Origin: Candidatus Woesebacteria bacterium
Lineage (GTDB): Bacteria > Patescibacteriota > Microgenomatia > UBA1400 > MFAQ01
NCBI GenBank assembly: GCA_035389185.1
Contig: DAOORK010000001.1
Location: forward strand, 446,218 to 510,217
Direction of reading: 5' to 3'
Length of the DNA stretch: 64,000 nt
Both the position numbers and the translations under genes were made by a program. Under the pieces are notes generated by a model, which saw only the letters and a program-made list of their open reading frames with translations, made no database searches and was not told where the DNA came from. This document shows positions 58,669-64,000 of the stretch, piece by piece (positions within the stretch are counted from its first letter, which is position 1; each line of letters opens with the position of its first letter).

Positions 58669-58705
58669 ATGGGAGTCAAGTGAGTAAATGATGTAAAGTA
58701 AATCT

Positions 58706-60097
58706 ATGGCTACCAGAAGAGAAATGATTAAAGGATTGATACCGCTCTTTATTGGATTGGCAGTGATTGTTCTGGTCACAATAGCTATTCCAACAGCAAT
58801 TAGACTAACAGGAAAAGCTTCCGGGCAGGCAGCAAACTTGATTTTTAACTATGAAGGGATCTTGGGAAAAATGCCAACTCCATGGAAGAATCTGGCCCAA
58901 GGAGGAGAGGAGGCGAAAGATATGATAGCGAACGTGGTGCCTGAAGTTAAAGCCTTGCAACCTGCTTACATCAGAATAGATCATATTTACGACGCGTTTA
59001 AAGTTGTATCCGGTACGAGTGGTAACTTGAGCTATGACTGGAGCGGACTGGACAGAGCAGTGGACTCGATCCTGGCTACAGGAGCAAAACCGATGCTGTC
59101 ACTCTCATATATGCCAACGGCAATTTCAAAAGGAGACATGGTTTCGACTCCCCGTGACTGGAATGACTGGGGGCAGGTTGTTGGGGCGACGATCAAGCAT
59201 TTTAGCGGAAGAGACCAAAGAAACATTACCGGGGTAATTTATGAAGTATGGAACGAGCCGGATTTGTTTGGAGGATATAAGACATATGGCCAAACAAATT
59301 ATCTGGATATGTATGGAGTTTCGGCACGGGCGGCGATGAACATAACTAATGTTAATGACTTTGAGATTGGTGGACCAGCGACAACAGCGCTGTATCAAAA
59401 CTGGCTGGAAAATCTAATTAAATATGTAGATACCAATAAATTGAGAATGGATTTTTTGAGTTGGCACAGATATACAACAGACCTGACTCAGTTTGAAAAA
59501 GACGTGCAACAAGCAAGGAACTGGGCGGAAAAGATACCTGCCCTAACTAATCTTAAATACTACGTTACTGAGTGGGGTTTTAATAGTGAAAACGATAAAG
59601 GTTATGACGAAAAAAGCGGAGCAATTCACACCATTGCGGCGGCAAGAACAATGATGGGAGTGGTGGATAAAGCTTTTGTCTTTGAGATTAAAGATGGACC
59701 GGGAAATGAAAAATACTGGGGAAGATGGGGATTACTGACCAACGAGAAATTCGGAACACCGGAGAAGAAGCCAAGATATAATGCTCTTCTTTTTCTTAGT
59801 TCTTTATGGCCATATCGGATGAGTGTTTCTGGTGAGGGTTCATGGGTAAAAAGTATTGCCTCAAGCAATGATGACGGAAACCTAAAAATATTAGTAGTTA
59901 ACTATGACCCGACCGGAAAACATGCGGAGTCGGTGCCCATGACATTTGAGAACTTACCACAACAAACATTTACGATAACCAGACAGGACTTTATGGGAGA
60001 CAGCAGAAGTGTAAAAATAGCCACGGATAGTGCGACTTGGCAAACGAGAGAGTATTTTGAACCGAACTCGGCGGCGATGTTTACAGTGGAGTTTTAG
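58706..60097 (+). CDS. Membrane-anchored glycoside hydrolase, GH39-like (clan GH-A)
   Basis: N-terminal TM; YIRIDH, YDWS.LD, EVWNEPD (acid/base), IGGPA, DFLSWH.Y, VTEWG (nucleophile). Confidence 0.85.
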   Translation: MATRREMIKGLIPLFIGLAVIVLVTIAIPTAIRLTGKASGQAANLIFNYEGILGKMPTPWKNLAQGGEEAKDMIANVVPEVKALQPAYIRIDHIYDAFKVVSGTSGNLSYDWSGLDRAVDSILATGAKPMLSLSYMPTAISKGDMVSTPRDWNDWGQVVGATIKHFSGRDQRNITGVIYEVWNEPDLFGGYKTYGQTNYLDMYGVSARAAMNITNVNDFEIGGPATTALYQNWLENLIKYVDTNKLRMDFLSWHRYTTDLTQFEKDVQQARNWAEKIPALTNLKYYVTEWGFNSENDKGYDEKSGAIHTIAAARTMMGVVDKAFVFEIKDGPGNEKYWGRWGLLTNEKFGTPEKKPRYNALLFLSSLWPYRMSVSGEGSWVKSIASSNDDGNLKILVVNYDPTGKHAESVPMTFENLPQQTFTITRQDFMGDSRSVKIATDSATWQTREYFEPNSAAMFTVEF

Positions 60098-61863
60098 GCT
60101 TTGACAACGGCGAGGAAGGCACTCTGTGGAAGCTGGACTTTGCCAAATTGCTTCATGCGTGCTTTGCCCTTTTTCTGTTTGTTGAGGAGCTTGAGGTTAC
60201 GAGTGAAATCACCGCCGTGGAGCTTGGCGTCGACGTCTTTTCTATAGGCAGTGATCGTTTCACGAGCGATAATTTGACCACCTATCGCCACCTGAATTGG
60301 AATCTCGAATTGCTGACGCGGAATAGCTTCCTTGAGCTTGGCGGCAATGGCTTTGGCTTTGAAGCTGGATTTCTCTTTGACGGTGATAATGCTCATAGGG
60401 GTAAAGACTTCGTGGTTAAGAAGTACATCCAAACGGACCAGCTCGGCTTTTTGCCAGCCGGAAAGTTCATAGTCTAGGGAAGCAAATCCCTGTGAGACAC
60501 TCTTGAGGCTATCATGAAGAGCGGTGATGACCTCGATGAGAGGTAACGAGTAATCAATCTCAACTAATTGATCAAGATATGAAACGTCGATCATACTGCC
60601 ACGAAGATCTTGGCAAAGCTGCATGACAGCCCCGACATACTGATCTGTAACGACAATTTTGACATTGGCCAGAGGCTCGAATCCTTCGGCAATAATAGCG
60701 GGGTCAGGGAAATCGGCTGCTGAGCTAAAAATTTTCTCGGTACCGTTACGAAGTTTTACTTTGTATTCAACGGAAGGAGAAACAGCGATAACAGGAAGAC
60801 CAAATTCACGATCCAGTCTTTCGCCTACAACTTCGGAGTGAAGGAGCCCCAAGAATCCTACCTTAACACCCTGACCTAGTATGGGTGAGTTGATTCCTTG
60901 GGTAGTGAGAGCGGAGTCGTTGAGTTTGAGTTTCTCGAGGGCATCGACTAGATCACGATACTGAGAACCGTCGGCCGGATACATATCTAGATATACATTG
61001 GGGTGGATGTGTCTGAAACCGGGTAAGGGGGAGACTTCTTTACTTTGGGAAGCTAAACAAAGGGTATCTCCGACCAAGATACGTCTGATGTCTTTGAGAC
61101 CGGTGATAATGTAACCGACGTTGCCGGCAGTAATAGTTTCTTTTTCTTGTCTTTGGGGTGAGAAAACACCAATTTCGGAAGCTGCTAGAGTCTGACCAGA
61201 GTTTAAAAATCCAAGTTTGTCCCCTTTTTGGAGATTGCCGGAGATGACTCTGACGAAAGCGATAACACCCAGATGAGTATCAAAAACAGAGTTAAAAACA
61301 AGAGCCTGAAGCGGTTTGTCCTCAATTTTGGGAGCAGGTAAATCGGAGATGACTTTATCCAAAAGTTCGGCGACACCTTCACCGGTTTTGGCTGAGACCA
61401 TAAATGGTTCTTGGGTAATGTTGAGAAGTTGCTTGATCTGACGGGCAGAAGCGGCAATATCAGCGAGAGGAGCATCGATCTTGTTGATTACCGGAACGAT
61501 GGTAAGACCAAGATTCTTGGCAAGCCTGAGGTTGGCCACGGTTTGGGCCTGAACACCTTTGGTAGCGTCAACAAGGAGGATGGCCCCATCGCAGGCTTCC
61601 AAGGCGCGCTCAACTTCGTAATTAAAATCCACATGACCCGGGGTATCAATAAGATTAAGGGTGTGTCCTTTGTAGTTCATGGTGACCGGAGCCAGTTTGA
61701 TGGTGATTCCCCTTTCGCGTTCGATGGGATTACTATCAAGAAGCTGGGCCACCATTTTGTCTTTTTGGACTGTGCCGGTGATTTCCAGCATACGATCCGC
61801 CAGAGTGGATTTACCAGCGTCGATATGAGCAATGATAGAAAAGTTGCGAATTTTGTTTTCCAT
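60094..61863 (-). CDS. lepA: Elongation factor 4 (LepA)
   Basis: IRNFSIIAHID.GKSTLADR, GFLGLLH, IPRQQF.IPIQ, RKDV.AK..GGD. Confidence 0.98.
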   Translation of the reverse strand: MENKIRNFSIIAHIDAGKSTLADRMLEITGTVQKDKMVAQLLDSNPIERERGITIKLAPVTMNYKGHTLNLIDTPGHVDFNYEVERALEACDGAILLVDATKGVQAQTVANLRLAKNLGLTIVPVINKIDAPLADIAASARQIKQLLNITQEPFMVSAKTGEGVAELLDKVISDLPAPKIEDKPLQALVFNSVFDTHLGVIAFVRVISGNLQKGDKLGFLNSGQTLAASEIGVFSPQRQEKETITAGNVGYIITGLKDIRRILVGDTLCLASQSKEVSPLPGFRHIHPNVYLDMYPADGSQYRDLVDALEKLKLNDSALTTQGINSPILGQGVKVGFLGLLHSEVVGERLDREFGLPVIAVSPSVEYKVKLRNGTEKIFSSAADFPDPAIIAEGFEPLANVKIVVTDQYVGAVMQLCQDLRGSMIDVSYLDQLVEIDYSLPLIEVITALHDSLKSVSQGFASLDYELSGWQKAELVRLDVLLNHEVFTPMSIITVKEKSSFKAKAIAAKLKEAIPRQQFEIPIQVAIGGQIIARETITAYRKDVDAKLHGGDFTRNLKLLNKQKKGKARMKQFGKVQLPQSAFLAVVKA

Positions 61864-61869
61864 AAAGGA

Positions 61870-63513
61870 CTAGTTGGCAACAGGAGCCTCGATGACCTCG
61901 TCGGTTTCTCCGAGAACTTTGCGCCAGTTGCCTAGTTTACCAAAGAGTGTCTTAACATCATCGAGCTGTTTGACTCTAAGAAGAGAAGATAAACCATAGT
62001 AAACACCAAAACCAATAAGGCTGACAATGGCCGTAAGAACTAACAAAGGCACTGTACGGGTAGTGTCAAAAACAAACGTATCTAATAATCTCATAGGAAC
62101 CCAAAGGGCAAAGGCGGTTAAAACACTAACAAAGAACATTTTAAAGATTTCTTTGGTAAGACCCATGCTGGGAATACGAGAACGAATAACAAGATAAAGA
62201 ATAATGAAATTAAGGGCGTTGCAAAGACTCATGGCCAGAGACATACCTAAAACTCCCAGGGAAAGGCTGTTGGTAAAGAGATAAGAAGTGATGATAAAGA
62301 GAACTATGGTGGCAATATTGATAATGAGAGGGGTTTTGGTATCTTTTTTGGCGTAAAAGGCACGAGTGAGAACCTGAACTGCGGCTTGAGGAGCAATAGA
62401 GAGAGAAAAAACGGCCAGGGCTTTACCGGTAAGCAATGTGGCTTCCCAAGGAAAGTTTTTGGCACCAAAAACAATACGCACAATAGGAATTCTGAGTATC
62501 AGCATTAAAACAGAAGTAAGGAAACAGAAAAAGAACAGTTGGAGAATCGTTTTGCCTAGAGTGCTGGCAAATTTTGTTTGATCTTTACTGAGAGCTTCTT
62601 CAGATAGAGTGGGAAAGGAAGCCTGGCCAAGAGAGACGCCAAAAAGAGAAATTGGCAAGACATAGACCTGACGAGCAAAATTAAAGATGGTAAACGAACC
62701 GGCGGAGAGAGCAGAGGCTAGATTGAGAGAGACGATGCGTTCAACCTGAATCAGAGCCAAGGAAAGAGTGCGAGGGGGCATAAGGCGCAACATACGAATC
62801 ACTCCCCGATGTCGACGAAAACGAATTTTGGGGTAGTAATGAAGACTCAGTGAAGGAGGTATCTGCACAAGCATATGAAGAAGGGAGCCAAAAATCACAC
62901 CGATGGCAGCTGCATAGATACCAAGATAAGGAGTGAGAATGAGAATACCCAGAATGGTCCCCAGATTGTAAAAAAGTGGAGCAATGGCAGGAATTAAAAA
63001 GCGTTGCTGAGCCTGAAGAATACCGGTAAGGAAAGAGGATAGGGTAAAAAATATCTGAGCAATCGACATGAGCCGGATCAGATCGACCATGAGATCAAGC
63101 TGGGCGCCGGTGTAGTGAGAAATTAACTGGCTAAGGGGTTTGGCAAAGATGGCGATGAGGATGGAAATTATTAATAGGATAGAGGTGACCCAAGTAAGAG
63201 CAACGTTGGCCATAAAGTTGGCTTTTTTGACGGATTTTTTGAGATAACTCTGGTAAATCGGAATAAAAGCGGCGGAAACTGCACCAACGACAAAAAGCTG
63301 AAAAACGGTGTCCGGAATAATAAAGGCGGCAAAGTAAGCGTCGAGATTCCCTTCGAGTCCACCAAAAAAACGAGCTGCTAATAGACGATTCCTAATGAGC
63401 CCCAAAAAGGCCGACAGCAAAAATGAGGCCGCTATGATCGTTGCGGCAGAAAGAATACTAGAACTTTTACGGTTAAGTAACTCTTGTGATCGTGAAAATA
63501 TTTTTTGAACCAC
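61870..63513 (-). CDS. murJ: Lipid II flippase MurJ/MviN
   Basis: LGLIR..L.A..FG, DAY.AAF.IPD, AFIP, FP.LS, RAFYA.KDTKTP. Confidence 0.93.
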   Translation of the reverse strand: MVQKIFSRSQELLNRKSSSILSAATIIAASFLLSAFLGLIRNRLLAARFFGGLEGNLDAYFAAFIIPDTVFQLFVVGAVSAAFIPIYQSYLKKSVKKANFMANVALTWVTSILLIISILIAIFAKPLSQLISHYTGAQLDLMVDLIRLMSIAQIFFTLSSFLTGILQAQQRFLIPAIAPLFYNLGTILGILILTPYLGIYAAAIGVIFGSLLHMLVQIPPSLSLHYYPKIRFRRHRGVIRMLRLMPPRTLSLALIQVERIVSLNLASALSAGSFTIFNFARQVYVLPISLFGVSLGQASFPTLSEEALSKDQTKFASTLGKTILQLFFFCFLTSVLMLILRIPIVRIVFGAKNFPWEATLLTGKALAVFSLSIAPQAAVQVLTRAFYAKKDTKTPLIINIATIVLFIITSYLFTNSLSLGVLGMSLAMSLCNALNFIILYLVIRSRIPSMGLTKEIFKMFFVSVLTAFALWVPMRLLDTFVFDTTRTVPLLVLTAIVSLIGFGVYYGLSSLLRVKQLDDVKTLFGKLGNWRKVLGETDEVIEAPVAN

Positions 63514-63577
63514 TGTAAAGTGATTTTAATTCAAGATGATGACTTGCGCTAGGTGGAGCTCGTGGTAAAATTAGCGC

Positions 63578-63814
63578 ATGCCAATAACCAAATCAGCAAT
63601 AAAAAAACTTCGATCCGACAAAAAGAAGGCAGTTTTCAACAAGTCTTCGAAAACAAAAGCCAAGTCAGCAATTGACGCTTTCAAAAAAGCGTTGACCTCG
63701 GAAAATCTTTCCAAGGCGTTTTCTATGGTGGACAAAGCCGCCAAAAAAGGCGTCATTAAAAAAGGTAAGGCGGATAGAATTAAGGCTCGTTTAGCCAAAA
63801 AAGTCACCCCCTAA
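63578..63814 (+). CDS. rpsT: 30S ribosomal protein bS20
   Basis: MP.TKSA.K..R, DKAAKKGVI....A.R.K.RL. Confidence 0.96.
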   Translation: MPITKSAIKKLRSDKKKAVFNKSSKTKAKSAIDAFKKALTSENLSKAFSMVDKAAKKGVIKKGKADRIKARLAKKVTP

Positions 63815-63842
63815 CGTCGCTATTTTTTGATACACTGGAAGT

Positions 63843-64000
63843 GTGGCTATAAAGCGAGGTGTTTCTGGTATCAATTTACTACCTAAGGATAGTTTTGAAT
63901 TCTCAATCTTCGGGAAGATTTTAAAATGGGTAACAACCATAGGCAGAGTGTTGGTCGTTATGACCGAGTTCGTGGTGCTTTTGGCTTTTGGATCCAGATT
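63843..64000 (+). CDS. Partial membrane protein, PilN-like N-terminus (runs off the window)
   Basis: GTG start 6 nt after TGA-TACACT; MAIKRGVSGINLLPKDSF...GRVLVVMTEFVVLLAFGSR; INLLP followed by a TM. Confidence 0.6.
   Translation, partial: MAIKRGVSGINLLPKDSFEFSIFGKILKWVTTIGRVLVVMTEFVVLLAFGSR

Noticed and set aside
1-64000. tRNA, rRNA, CRISPR arrays, inteins/introns, recoded genetic code
   Set aside because: No cloverleafs or spaced direct repeats in the short intergenic gaps; core ORFs are uninterrupted; TGA serves as a stop (infA, adk, rplX), consistent with code 11.

Overview
Core-genome window of a Candidate Phyla Radiation (Patescibacteria, probably Microgenomates-like) bacterium using genetic code 11. 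The lineage is inferred from missing uL30, a minimal IF2, a short AlaRS, a sortase and a baseplate-J-like envelope protein. Most genes lie on the - strand: the str/S10/spc/alpha ribosomal superoperon with rplM-rpsI, rpoBC, an envelope cluster (mltG, ruvX, sortase, a 729-aa membrane protein), alaS, ftsK, rnj, a Lon-type ATPase without a protease domain, nusA-infB-rpsO-pnp, hrcA-grpE-dnaK-dnaJ, lepA and murJ. rpsT is on the + strand. No tRNA, rRNA, CRISPR array, integrase or transposase was seen. Main observation: two gene-expression grammars coexist. Housekeeping genes are leaderless or lack a Shine-Dalgarno (SD) sequence. Nine small orphan ORFs, inserted at seven sites including inside ribosomal operons, share a cassette design: sigma70 promoter, boxA-like 11-mer, strong (A)GGAGGA usually 4-5 nt from the start, ORF, own terminator. 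Some leaders and terminators are re-used between unrelated orphans. A second candidate system is a divergent NrdR-like repressor with NrdR boxes facing an unknown ~200-aa protein and an HD nucleotidase instead of a ribonucleotide reductase. All calls come from reading the sequence; no searches were run.
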